Notes under the pieces: generated by a model | Seen by the model: only the letters and a program-made list of their open reading frames with translations | What the model was told of the DNA's origin: nothing | The model's database searches: none | Part shown: piece after piece, positions 27,467 to 36,375 of the stretch | How positions within the stretch are numbered: position 1 is the stretch's first letter | How the letters are laid out: each line of letters starts with the position of its first letter | IMG/VR virus record: IMGVR_UViG_3300042450_002433 | Location: 1 to 64,000 of that record | Length of the DNA stretch: 64,000 bases | Strand: one strand, 5' to 3' | Source of the DNA: a virus | Position numbers and translations under genes: made by a program

Positions 27467-27832
27467 ATGAACATTATCACTACCCTACTCACCCTTCAGG
27501 CACAACTCAAAGTTCTCCATTGGCAGACCAAGTCATATGCCGAGCATAAGGCTTTGGGCAAGTTATATGAAAGTCTTGATGGTAGCATTGACACCTTTGT
27601 CGAGACCTTCTCAGGTCGCAATGGAGTTCCAACCGCCAAGGGTGATTACAAACTGACTGTGGCAAATTATAAAGATAACAATGGATGTGTTGCAATCATT
27701 GATAGTGCAATTGCATATATGATGAAGGATCTCCCAACAATCGTTAAGCCTGAGGATACTGATCTTTTGAATATTCGAGACGAGATGGTCGGTTCACTAA
27801 ACAGAACAAAGTATCTACTTCGTCTAAAATGA
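27467..27832 (+). CDS. ferritin/Dps-like four-helix protein (DUF5856-like)
   Basis: LHWQTKSYAEHKALGKLYE...DTFVE...LLNIRDEM...KYLL. Confidence 0.85.
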   Translation: MNIITTLLTLQAQLKVLHWQTKSYAEHKALGKLYESLDGSIDTFVETFSGRNGVPTAKGDYKLTVANYKDNNGCVAIIDSAIAYMMKDLPTIVKPEDTDLLNIRDEMVGSLNRTKYLLRLK

Positions 27833-27884
27833 TCTTGACAAATCGGGAGAACATGATACAATCATCAATGTAGTAAATTACTTC

Positions 27885-28237
27885 GGGGTCGAACAGGTAT
27901 CGAATGCATGAAGACTGATGTGTGATGCGCTAAGAGGAACCATGCTAGGCTCTTAAACTCGTATGGAAATAACAACTGCCAGATTTAATAAGAAGCAGTC
28001 ACGCCGTTTGGCTCTCGCAGCCTGACGCACTCGATCATCCGACTCCTTTAGGATGATTGGGTAAAACAAAGGATGGGTCTTTAGGAATGGGAGTGCCAAT
28101 AAAGACCGAGAATAAAGGCTCCAAATCTGATCCGCTAAGTCGCCATCAGCGGCGGGTCTGAATAAAGTGATGGATATTAGCGTAGTAGGCAGCACAGTAA
28201 GCATGACATCACGGGGGTTCGATTCCCCCCGACTCCA
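27885..28237 (+). ncRNA. ssrA: tmRNA (ssrA)
   Basis: 5' GGGGTCG pairs with 3' CGACTCC-A including the G3:U Ala determinant; T arm GGGGGTTCGATTCCCCC; tag ORF 27978-28025 ends LALAA*; promoter TTGACA-16-TACAAT at 27835. Confidence 0.92.
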
Positions 28238-28245
28238 TTAGGTAT

Positions 28246-28317
28246 GCGAATGTAACTCAGTGGTAGAGTCTCGGTTTTCCAAACCGATGGTCGTGGGTTC
28301 GAATCCCATCGTTCGCT
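28246..28317 (+). tRNA. tRNA-Gly(TCC)
   Basis: TCGGT-tt-TCC-aa-ACCGA. Confidence 0.95.
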
Positions 28318-28319
28318 TT

Positions 28320-28462
28320 GTCTCTTGTCTCTGCACTATAATTCCGAAGAACGGTTTTTGTGGAGTAAAGCAAATCCCCCGAATCGGCACGGGGTCATGA
28401 GAGACTTGCCGTTCGTAGCGTTTTGATGTGGTCGTATTATGGTAATTAGAAATCTGCATCAC
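28320..28462 (+). ncRNA. candidate structured RNA within the tRNA cluster
   Basis: Several helices and a possible pseudoknot between tRNA-Gly and tRNA-Asn; no ORF. Confidence 0.45.
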
Positions 28463-28466
28463 ATTT

Positions 28467-28538
28467 TGGTTCGTAGCACAATGGCAGTGCATCCCGCTGT
28501 TAACGGGACGGCTGAAGGTTCGAGTCCTTCCGAACCAG
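28467..28538 (+). tRNA. tRNA-Asn(GTT)
   Basis: TCCCG-ct-GTT-aa-CGGGA. Confidence 0.95.
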
Positions 28539-28542
28539 TTTT

Positions 28543-28624
28543 GGGAGAATACTCAAGCGGTCAACGAGGTTTGACTGTAAATCAAATGGCATTGCCTTCG
28601 GGGGTTCGAATCCCTCTTCTCCCA
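28543..28624 (+). tRNA. tRNA-Tyr(GTA)
   Basis: TTTGA-ct-GTA-aa-TCAAA; long variable arm. Confidence 0.95.
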
Positions 28625-28629
28625 TTCCC

Positions 28630-28701
28630 GCCATCTTAGCACAGAGGTAGTGCAGTTCACTTGTAATGAACAGGTCATCGGTTCAAATCCGATAGATGGC
28701 T
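28630..28701 (+). tRNA. tRNA-Thr(TGT)
   Basis: GTTCA-ct-TGT-aa-TGAAC. Confidence 0.95.
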
Positions 28702-28703
28702 TT

Positions 28704-28910
28704 ATGATGCTAGAGTTTAGAAACCCAATTCCCGTTCTTGTAATAGCGGACAAGAAAAAAGGATATGCACTTTATGTCACTAGTGGTGGAACTTTTGACA
28801 ATGACTTGTGGTGTGTTGTTCTATGTGAAGGTGGTATTATTCGACACTACACATCAACTCAAATTTTGATGCAGCATAACGGCACATTTGACATCACAAA
28901 ATTGACTTGA
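28704..28910 (+). CDS. small conserved phage hypothetical protein
   Basis: MLEFRNPIPV...GYALYV...NDLWCVVL. Confidence 0.65.
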   Translation: MMLEFRNPIPVLVIADKKKGYALYVTSGGTFDNDLWCVVLCEGGIIRHYTSTQILMQHNGTFDITKLT

Positions 28911-28942
28911 CACAATCTCTAACATGGAGTATACTGTATCAA

Positions 28943-29275
28943 ATGGAAGAATATTCATTCAAAATCAATAGTAGATACGGAGTTCCTCGTTCGGTAGTTT
29001 TGATCGATCCCGATAGGGGAGTTTTCAAGATAACGGGTGAGTCTTTATTTTCTCGTGGAGGAGAAGATATGTTCGACTTCGAAGGCGGCCCGTTCTATAT
29101 GGTAGGTGAACAGTTTTTCGATATTGGAGAAATTGTTTCTGTCGAACCATTCCCAACCCCAACTCCTATCAATGAGAGTGAACGCCCAACTGCAAGTGTT
29201 CTTGTTTCTGTAAACTATAGTAAGCGTGGGCTTAAGGAGACTAAGAAGTGGCGAAACCAAAACTCTGGGCAATAA
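28943..29275 (+). CDS. hypothetical protein (predicted leaderless)
   Basis: TTGACA-17-TATACT at 28907-28935; INSRYG...FDFEGGPF motif. Confidence 0.7.
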   Translation: MEEYSFKINSRYGVPRSVVLIDPDRGVFKITGESLFSRGGEDMFDFEGGPFYMVGEQFFDIGEIVSVEPFPTPTPINESERPTASVLVSVNYSKRGLKETKKWRNQNSGQ

Positions 29276-29649
29276 AACTTCTTCACGGTTCTGAGGACTG
29301 TGGATATCTAAATGATCATGGCAGAGTTGTTGCCGTGTATGATACTGAAAACAATGCAGAAAAGGATGCAAAATGGCTGAACGAATTACACAAGAAGACG
29401 GGATCGAAAACAATCTATCAAACAGTTCGCTTCAGGGAGGAGCAGGACTTCGAGACGGCTCTACAGACGGAGGAGTCGATGCCTCTGTCAAAAAACTATG
29501 CAGAGAAATCGCCGCCGCCCAAGAAAAGCGAAGAGAAGAAATTGAAGCGTCCTACCCCCGAGTGTTCGGAAGCGGCACCAAGACCGACAATCCTGAGCGA
29601 TCTGTCGGGACTGTTCACTGGGAGTTTGGATACGGATGGGACACTCTAG
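29248..29649 (+). CDS. hypothetical protein (3' half overlaps the next ORF)
   Basis: SD AAGGAG and GTG start; the C-terminal ~50 aa look like off-frame read-through. Confidence 0.5.
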   Translation: MAKPKLWAIKLLHGSEDCGYLNDHGRVVAVYDTENNAEKDAKWLNELHKKTGSKTIYQTVRFREEQDFETALQTEESMPLSKNYAEKSPPPKKSEEKKLKRPTPECSEAAPRPTILSDLSGLFTGSLDTDGTL

Positions 29650-29969
29650 TTGCCAATCTTGCTCGAATGATTGATAATGAGATTGCGCGAGATCCATCCC
29701 TTTTAGAAGGGGGTTCAAATTCTTTTCGGGTATTGCAAATGAAGGAAAAGTTTGGAACCCTGCGATTTTACTATGAGGGCGGGAATGATCGAATTCGGGG
29801 ATTGGTTGATATGACAGAGCAACTCTCAGGAACTGTCTGTGAGGTCTGTGGTTCGCTAGGAACGCTCTGTCGAAGTGGGAAGGGCGCAGGGGGGTGGTAT
29901 AAGACTCTCTGTGAGGATTGTGCCATTACGATGGAATACGATATTGTTCTGTTAGATGACGAAGTATAA
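29373..29969 (+). CDS. conserved phage protein with QxKEKFGxLRFY and CxxC...CxxC motifs
   Basis: GW..LV...QMKEKFGTLRFYY...CEVCG...WYKTLCEDC; start uncertain. Confidence 0.75.
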   Translation: MAERITQEDGIENNLSNSSLQGGAGLRDGSTDGGVDASVKKLCREIAAAQEKRREEIEASYPRVFGSGTKTDNPERSVGTVHWEFGYGWDTLVANLARMIDNEIARDPSLLEGGSNSFRVLQMKEKFGTLRFYYEGGNDRIRGLVDMTEQLSGTVCEVCGSLGTLCRSGKGAGGWYKTLCEDCAITMEYDIVLLDDEV

Positions 29970-29980
29970 ATACGATTACT

Positions 29981-30388
29981 ATGAAAGACACATTCAACAA
30001 TCCACTTGTTAATGATATCAAAAAGATGCTAACAGAGCAGCCCAAAGATATAACAATCATCCCTGCAATTTCGGGAATGGTTTCTTTGAACAGTATCGAT
30101 ATTACGGATCCCGATGAGCCGATTATAGTATTTCGGGGTGCAGGAACTCTTCCATATTCACATCGCTTCAAGTTCATGAAAACCGAATTGCAGCGATTGG
30201 CAGATCATGTAATGTCTGCATCCAATATGCTTAAAATTCTCACCGATGTAGATGGTAAAAATCGCTCGGGAAAACTGAGCGCATATTACATAAAGGGATT
30301 TGCAGAAGCAGAACAACTTATGGAAATGCCCGCAACAAAAACCAAGATTAGTAAGGCAAAAAAGGCGAAGGCAAGCAAGATTAACTAA
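29981..30388 (+). CDS. hypothetical late protein
   Basis: TATAAATA at 29966. Confidence 0.65.
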   Translation: MKDTFNNPLVNDIKKMLTEQPKDITIIPAISGMVSLNSIDITDPDEPIIVFRGAGTLPYSHRFKFMKTELQRLADHVMSASNMLKILTDVDGKNRSGKLSAYYIKGFAEAEQLMEMPATKTKISKAKKAKASKIN

Positions 30389-30792
30389 TGGCTACACCTC
30401 GCAACAATGCCCGTGTAGTTGCATGTCGCACTCGAACATGCGCTCCTGCTAGTGATGTAAAGGCTCTCCTTGCTGCTAAGTTAGGCAAGGACGGAAAGTC
30501 TGATAGCAGAGGGTATTCTGATATTATTACATTGGTTGGCAAGATGAAAGAGTCCAATGTATGGGGTGGGTCAATTAAGGGATATCTCTTCAAGGGGTCT
30601 GTTGATACTTCTATGAAGAGTGGAATTACTTCATTCGCCACAAGTAATGGATGGCAACGAACGAATGGAAATCGTATTATTAAATACGGCACAATCATTC
30701 GTGGTGGAAAATCGGGTCGCCGTCATCTCCTCATATTTGGATACTACAAGGGAACTCCCAATAGAGTGTATTGCTCGTTGACAATAATATGA
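30388..30792 (+). CDS. basic hypothetical protein
   Basis: TAATG coupling. Confidence 0.6.
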   Translation: MATPRNNARVVACRTRTCAPASDVKALLAAKLGKDGKSDSRGYSDIITLVGKMKESNVWGGSIKGYLFKGSVDTSMKSGITSFATSNGWQRTNGNRIIKYGTIIRGGKSGRRHLLIFGYYKGTPNRVYCSLTII

Positions 30793-30887
30793 AAAATTTG
30801 ATTGACTTAAGTAGGAGTTCGGGTAGACTAATTCCGTTAAGCACCGTTCTGGTGCCGTATACTCCATTCCATGAAAGGAACTTTGAT

Positions 30888-31193
30888 ATGATTAGAAAAG
30901 AAAAAGGACTGCTTGAGAACATTGATCTTGGCAACATTCTGATTGTCGTTGGGCTTGCCGCAACTGCAAGTGCAGTATGGTGTGTGTTTGATGGTAAGAT
31001 GCCTATGGCACTCTATCTGTTTGGTGTGGGAGCAATTGTTAACCTCGCAGGAAATGCTGTTGTCTCTGCCAAAGAACGCATGACAAACGCCATTGTTGAA
31101 TACAACGAACGCGAACGGCAGCAGGAAATTTGGAGACACATCGGAGACATGGAAGATCGAATGTCCGAACTAGAAACCAAGAAGAGTCGGTAA
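30888..31193 (+). CDS. two-TM membrane protein with coiled-coil tail
   Basis: SD AAAGGA before ATG 30888; two hydrophobic helices. Confidence 0.6.
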   Translation: MIRKEKGLLENIDLGNILIVVGLAATASAVWCVFDGKMPMALYLFGVGAIVNLAGNAVVSAKERMTNAIVEYNERERQQEIWRHIGDMEDRMSELETKKSR

Positions 31194-31249
31194 CCGCCAC
31201 CCACATGATGCAACTACTTTGGGGGGAGTTTTCTCCCCCCATTTCTTTT

Positions 31250-31324
31250 GGCCCCATCGTCTAGCCTGGTCTAGGACACCTCCCTTTCACGGAGGTAACA
31301 GGGGTTCAAATCCCCTTGGGGTCA
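31250..31324 (+). tRNA. tRNA-Glu(TTC)
   Basis: CCTCC-ct-TTC-ac-GGAGG. Confidence 0.95.
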
Positions 31325-31388
31325 CTTACTTATCAAAATGTAGCAAACGATAAATAATCTTTGGGCAATACCCCTCATGGAGGTGACC

Positions 31389-32093
31389 ATGGGAAACAAG
31401 ATTTTTAGTTTCGCACTTGCCGCAGCAATCATACTAGGTGCTGTTCATCGAGAGGATATCCCCTCGACACAGGCAAATATAAAAACCATCGCAGAGTCAG
31501 TCGTTAAACGCTCTGTCGAGATCACTGCTTTTGTTGATGGATCACAATCAATCGGATCGGGTGTCTTGTATGAGAAGGATGGGAATGTTTTTGTACTGAC
31601 CGCCGCGCATGTTATAGGTGAAGGAAAAGGATTGTATATTGTTGAACAAATTGATATAGATGATGAAACACAGACACAAACATGGACAGCAGATGTGGTC
31701 GCATATGAGACCGATTCAGATTGGGCAATACTTCGGCTTGTGGGGGATACGAGATGCATTTTTGGTGGAACAACCTTCGTGCACTCATCCCCACAGGTCG
31801 GAGACGAAGTCTATGCAGTCGGTTCTCCTCTCGGAGAGGAGAACACGATATCGGAAGGCATAGTTGCAAACCCAAACCGCACAGTAAGTTGGAATAAAGA
31901 TAAACATTTTGCGGTCACATGTGCGGGCACACATGGATCAAGTGGTGGTGGAATCTTTGATACCAAGACAGGAAATTGTATTGGCATCGTTGTTCGAATG
32001 AATCCATATGCAAAACTTTTATATATCGTCAAGATCAAAACAATACTAGATGATCTAGAGAAAATTGGACAGTTATCTCTTTTCCCCACTTGA
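31389..32093 (+). CDS. trypsin-like (S1C/HtrA-like, no PDZ) serine protease with signal/anchor
   Basis: GSGV, LTAAHV, DWAIL, GSSGGG; SD GGAGGTGA. Confidence 0.88.
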   Translation: MGNKIFSFALAAAIILGAVHREDIPSTQANIKTIAESVVKRSVEITAFVDGSQSIGSGVLYEKDGNVFVLTAAHVIGEGKGLYIVEQIDIDDETQTQTWTADVVAYETDSDWAILRLVGDTRCIFGGTTFVHSSPQVGDEVYAVGSPLGEENTISEGIVANPNRTVSWNKDKHFAVTCAGTHGSSGGGIFDTKTGNCIGIVVRMNPYAKLLYIVKIKTILDDLEKIGQLSLFPT

Positions 32094-32153
32094 CATTCAG
32101 CATCTGCACTGTATGATTAACCAAACAACCAAAGCCAAGGAGGCTTATACAAT

Positions 32154-32855
32154 ATGAGTACAACCGTGAATACCATCAGTCTTTCCGCAGATACAATCAA
32201 CATCCTCAAGAATTTTGCATCAATCAATAGCAATCTTCATGTGAAGCAAGGCAATGCGCTTTCTACTGTATCTCCATCAATGACAATTCTTGCAGAGGCA
32301 ACCATTGCAGAAGAGTTTGATGTTGAGTTTGGTATTTGGGACATGGCAAAGTTTTTGTCAACGATCAGTCTCTTCAAGGATCCGACCTTCGAGTTTGATA
32401 CTAACTATGTGACTATTAGTTCTGCGGGTTCGAAGGCATCGGTCAAGTACTATTACAGCGATCCAAGTCTACTGACAAAGGCAGACAAGAAGATCAATAT
32501 GCCAAAGGAGTTTGTATCTTTCAATCTGAATGCAAACGATCTTGGAGCAATTCTTAAGGCAGCATCAGTACTTCAAGCACCTGATATGTGTGTTCAGTCA
32601 TGTGATGATGGTATCTGTGTTCGCATCTGTGACAAGAAGGATCCGACTGCACACAGTTGGAGTCTTGTAGTGGGAGAAAATTCACAGGGCGTTGATTTCA
32701 AGTTTTGGTTTAAGGTCGAGAATCTCAAGATGATTCATGGAGACTACAAGGTTCAACTTGCCGAAAAGCGAGTTGCTAAGTTTAGTAGTTCTTCTAGTTC
32801 AGTAGTATATTGGGTTGCAATGGAATCCGACAGTACCACTTCTTCCAAGGCTTAA
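32154..32855 (+). CDS. 45: sliding clamp
   Basis: LSADTINILKNFASINSN...FGIWD...FL; promoter TTGACA-16-TATGAT at 32090. Confidence 0.93.
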   Translation: MSTTVNTISLSADTINILKNFASINSNLHVKQGNALSTVSPSMTILAEATIAEEFDVEFGIWDMAKFLSTISLFKDPTFEFDTNYVTISSAGSKASVKYYYSDPSLLTKADKKINMPKEFVSFNLNANDLGAILKAASVLQAPDMCVQSCDDGICVRICDKKDPTAHSWSLVVGENSQGVDFKFWFKVENLKMIHGDYKVQLAEKRVAKFSSSSSSVVYWVAMESDSTTSSKA

Positions 32856-32857
32856 TT

Positions 32858-33790
32858 ATGAATGATCTTCTCGTAGAGAAATACAGACCCCGCAAGGTGT
32901 CGGACTGTGTACTTCCTGAGTCTCTGTCCGATACATTTCAAGACATTGTAAAGTCGGGTGATATTCCGAACATGATTCTTTCAGGGGGTGCGGGATGCGG
33001 AAAGACAACCGTAGCCCGTGCCCTCTGTGATGAATTGGGTCGCGATATGATGTTTATCAATGCATCTGAAGATGGAGGTATTGATACACTTCGTACTAGA
33101 ATTCGTCAATTTGCATCAGCAGTTTCATTGAGTGGTAGTGCTAAAGTTGTTATTCTCGATGAAGCAGATTATCTCAATCCTCAATCTACACAACCAGCAC
33201 TGCGAGGATTCATTGAAGAGTTTTCTTCAAATTGTCGTTTCATACTGACTTGTAATTTCAAGCATCGCATCATTGAGCCACTTCATTCAAGATGTACGAC
33301 TATTGATTTCAAGATTCCTGCAAAAGAAAAACCAAAGATGGCGAAACAGTTTTTGTCGAGGACAAAAGATATCCTCGACAAGGAGTCTGTGCAATATGAT
33401 GAACGGGTTCTTGCAGAACTCATCATTCGCTATTTCCCCGATTTCCGCAGAGTCCTCAATGAGATTCAGAGATACTCTGTATCAGGTTCTATCGATACAG
33501 GAATTCTTGTTACTGCTGATATTGGTGCAGAGACACTGATCAAAGCATTAAAGGCAAAGAACTTTCCTGATATTCGTAGGTGGGTTGTTGACAATAGTGA
33601 TCGGGATACTGCTCATATATTTCGTAAGATATATGAAACACTCCTCGATTCCTTGCAGCCAACGGCAATCCCACAGGCAGTTCTCGTTCTTTCGGACTAT
33701 CAGCACAAAGCAGCATTTGCCGCCGATCAGGAGATCAATCTTGCCGCCTGTTGCATTATGTTGGCATCGGAGTGTACATTTAAAACCTAA
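32858..33790 (+). CDS. 44: clamp loader large subunit
   Basis: LVEKYRP, GCGKTT, ILDEADYL, PLHSRC, FPDFRR. Confidence 0.96.
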   Translation: MNDLLVEKYRPRKVSDCVLPESLSDTFQDIVKSGDIPNMILSGGAGCGKTTVARALCDELGRDMMFINASEDGGIDTLRTRIRQFASAVSLSGSAKVVILDEADYLNPQSTQPALRGFIEEFSSNCRFILTCNFKHRIIEPLHSRCTTIDFKIPAKEKPKMAKQFLSRTKDILDKESVQYDERVLAELIIRYFPDFRRVLNEIQRYSVSGSIDTGILVTADIGAETLIKALKAKNFPDIRRWVVDNSDRDTAHIFRKIYETLLDSLQPTAIPQAVLVLSDYQHKAAFAADQEINLAACCIMLASECTFKT

Positions 33791-33817
33791 ATAGAGATGT
33801 CGAAAGGAGGCGGTCTT

Positions 33818-34546
33818 ATGGTAGTTAGTAGCCTCAATGATCTCTCTATTACGATTCATGAAATCGGAAAGAGATATAACATCGAAAACTATATTGCAGA
33901 ATTCAAGACTTCAATGACAACTGAAGTCAATCCAAAGTTTTGGGATGAATTCAATGCTCTTAGATCTGCTTCTTTGGGTGAACTCATAAACCCATTGGAA
34001 AAAATTGTAATGATGTCCAGTGTTATTTCGGATTCTGAATTGGACAAGGTTTCCAAAATCAATAAGCGACTTGAGCAAAAATATGGATATCGCGATTTCA
34101 TAAAGGAATGTGAAAGTGCAAGACAGACATTTCTTCGCGAACGAAATTCCTATTTTGCAATGAAAGTTGCAAAAAAGCACAGCGAAGATACGGGCAATGG
34201 TGGTCTTGGTACTTACTTCGACATCACAGGGATGACAGATTCCGTGCTTGCTGAATGGCTCGATTTGGTATTGGAAAAGATATATCCTAGTCATCTTGAC
34301 ATTGAGTATGAGGATATGAATGGCAAAAGAATTAAAACAAAGATCAACCACAGAATCTGTGTAATCGGGCAGGAATATATTGAAGCACCTCTGATTGATC
34401 GGTATCATGGCACGAATGCATATGATCAGTTTCTATTGCACTCCGTATATGACATGAAAAAAAGAATGTGGATCTACCTCCCAATGCGCCTCATCATAAG
34501 CATAAAGTCTGACGATATTAACATCGATGAATTGGATCTATCATGA
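33818..34546 (+). CDS. hypothetical protein inserted between gp44 and gp62
   Basis: Late promoter 33787; SD GGAGG before ATG 33818. Confidence 0.65.
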   Translation: MVVSSLNDLSITIHEIGKRYNIENYIAEFKTSMTTEVNPKFWDEFNALRSASLGELINPLEKIVMMSSVISDSELDKVSKINKRLEQKYGYRDFIKECESARQTFLRERNSYFAMKVAKKHSEDTGNGGLGTYFDITGMTDSVLAEWLDLVLEKIYPSHLDIEYEDMNGKRIKTKINHRICVIGQEYIEAPLIDRYHGTNAYDQFLLHSVYDMKKRMWIYLPMRLIISIKSDDINIDELDLS

Positions 34547-34938
34547 GCAAACTGAATCCGTTTGACTATATCAAGAGCATCAACGAGAAGTCGGGAAATA
34601 TGATGGCGATGAGTCCTGATGCAGAGAAGGACTATATTCCATTCATGATCAATCGAGGTCTTTCTTTTTCCCCCGATACAATCCTGTATGCCAATGAAAT
34701 GAACTGTATGCCAATGTCAGACAAGCGCATGCAGTATGACTACCTGTATCATTCCATACGCAAGCGAAAAAGATTTGATAAGTGGATCAAGCCTGAAGAA
34801 TCTGACGAGACTGCTATTGAGGCAATCATGTTGGTCTATATGGTTGGTCGAAAACGAGCCATGGAATATCTTCGACTGCTGCCAAAGGAAAAGTTGGAAA
34901 GTATCATGAAAAGCAAGGGCGGTTCAAATGCTAAATAA
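34543..34938 (+). CDS. 62: clamp loader small subunit
   Basis: PFDYIKSIN...YIPFMINRGLS...YANEMN...QYDYL..SIRKRKRF. Confidence 0.95.
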   Translation: MSKLNPFDYIKSINEKSGNMMAMSPDAEKDYIPFMINRGLSFSPDTILYANEMNCMPMSDKRMQYDYLYHSIRKRKRFDKWIKPEESDETAIEAIMLVYMVGRKRAMEYLRLLPKEKLESIMKSKGGSNAK

Positions 34939-34970
34939 CAGCAGTCTTGTTTTATGGAAAGCATTGAATC

Positions 34971-35405
34971 GTGGACATAGAAACCATCGTAAGCACCCTT
35001 GTTGAGATCACCCTCCCCTCTGCCGATAACTTCTTAAAGGTTAAGGAGACGCTGACTCGCATTGGAATCTCTTCAAAGACAGAAAAGAAATTATATCAGT
35101 CTTGTCATATTCTCCACAAGAGAGGCAAGTACTATGTCATTCATTTCAAGGAATTGTTCCTGCTTGATGGATTGGAGGCAGACTTCAGTGACTCCGACAA
35201 AAGCCGCCGTAATACGATTGCAAACTTATTGGAGCAATGGGGATTAGTAAAGATCGTAAATCCCGAGGTCACCAAGGATCCTGTGTGTTCCATTTCACAT
35301 TTCAAGATACTTCCATTTGGTCAGAAAAAAGAATGGGAACTGATTCCCAAGTACCGCATAGGGATTCGAAAGAAGCCCCTTGACAGCGACCCTGATCTAG
35401 AGTAA
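34971..35405 (+). CDS. regA: translational repressor RegA
   Basis: FLKVKETLTRIGI...LYQSCHILHKRGKYYVIHFKELF.LDG. Confidence 0.97.
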   Translation: MDIETIVSTLVEITLPSADNFLKVKETLTRIGISSKTEKKLYQSCHILHKRGKYYVIHFKELFLLDGLEADFSDSDKSRRNTIANLLEQWGLVKIVNPEVTKDPVCSISHFKILPFGQKKEWELIPKYRIGIRKKPLDSDPDLE

Positions 35406-35434
35406 GATAGACGGATACAATCGAGGTTTATATT

Positions 35435-35983
35435 ATGAGTAACTCCAGCACTGTCACTCTAGGCTGTTACAAACTTCATCCACAGGCATTCCTCCCTGCA
35501 TATGCAACGGAGGATTCTGCATGCTTTGATGTTCAGGTCTGTCTTCCACCAGGCAAACGAGAAGTTGATACTTGGTCGGAATACAATGTTTCATGCAAGA
35601 GCATGGCATTTACTGAGGATCTAGATGGCGTTGGAAATGCTTCAATCCTTCTATATCCAGGTGATCGTGCATTACTTCCAACCCAACTTGTACTTGACAT
35701 TCCTAAGGGATTCTCTGTTCGATTGCATATGCGTTCAGGACTAGCCCTCAAGGGCGGTCTTATGCTTTCTAATTGCGAAGGGGTTATCGACTCAGACTAT
35801 ACCCTACAACTCATGGTTCCCGTAACCAACACAAGTAAAACAAATGTCCGCATAACTCATGGTGATCGCATTTGCCAAGGAGAAATTGTGGAAAAAAAAT
35901 CAACACATATCGTCCAATTAGCCGATGAAGTTAATAGGAAGACAGATCGCATTGGTGGTTTTGGCTCAACAGGAAAGGATTAA
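35435..35983 (+). CDS. dut: dUTPase (trimeric)
   Basis: SACFD, RSGL, GVIDSDY, GDRICQ, R.GGFGSTG. Confidence 0.95.
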   Translation: MSNSSTVTLGCYKLHPQAFLPAYATEDSACFDVQVCLPPGKREVDTWSEYNVSCKSMAFTEDLDGVGNASILLYPGDRALLPTQLVLDIPKGFSVRLHMRSGLALKGGLMLSNCEGVIDSDYTLQLMVPVTNTSKTNVRITHGDRICQGEIVEKKSTHIVQLADEVNRKTDRIGGFGSTGKD

Positions 35984-35985
35984 TT

Positions 35986-36375
35986 ATGGATCGTAATGAA
36001 TTGCTTGCTTCTCACAAATCACTATGCGAGAAATCATATAGTTTGATGCAACGAAAAAACAACGACTATGCGGGGAAGGGAGGAGATGAACCATTTGCAA
36101 ACTTCACCCGTTGTGAATCGATGGGCATTTGTCAAACAGAATCGGGAATGCTTGTTCGAATGACAGATAAGATGTCGAGACTATCCTCCTTTGTGGAGTC
36201 GGGAACGCTCGAAGTGAAAGACGAGTCTGTAGAAGACACCTGTCTTGATCTGATTAACTATTCCGTTCTTTTCTATTCATATCTTCAATCCAAGAAGGAA
36301 AAGCACAATGCTCTGCCAAGCAGCAATCTCAACGGTCATCCTCTCTATGACCCTCCTGTTCCCCCTGCCCAATAG
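35986..36375 (+). CDS. nucleotide-modification-associated MazG-like protein (DUF1599/Nmad1-like)
   Basis: RKNNDYA...PFANF...VRMTDKMSRL...ESVEDT..DLINY. Confidence 0.8.
   Translation: MDRNELLASHKSLCEKSYSLMQRKNNDYAGKGGDEPFANFTRCESMGICQTESGMLVRMTDKMSRLSSFVESGTLEVKDESVEDTCLDLINYSVLFYSYLQSKKEKHNALPSSNLNGHPLYDPPVPPAQ

Noticed and set aside
28320-28415. Theta/HDV-like ribozyme after tRNA-Gly
   Set aside because: I could not place P3/L3, P1.1 and the J4/2 catalytic C in the required order; kept only as a generic structured-RNA candidate.
27953-28753. Short ORFs over the tmRNA/tRNA cluster (also 57363-57545)
   Set aside because: They overlap clear RNA genes.
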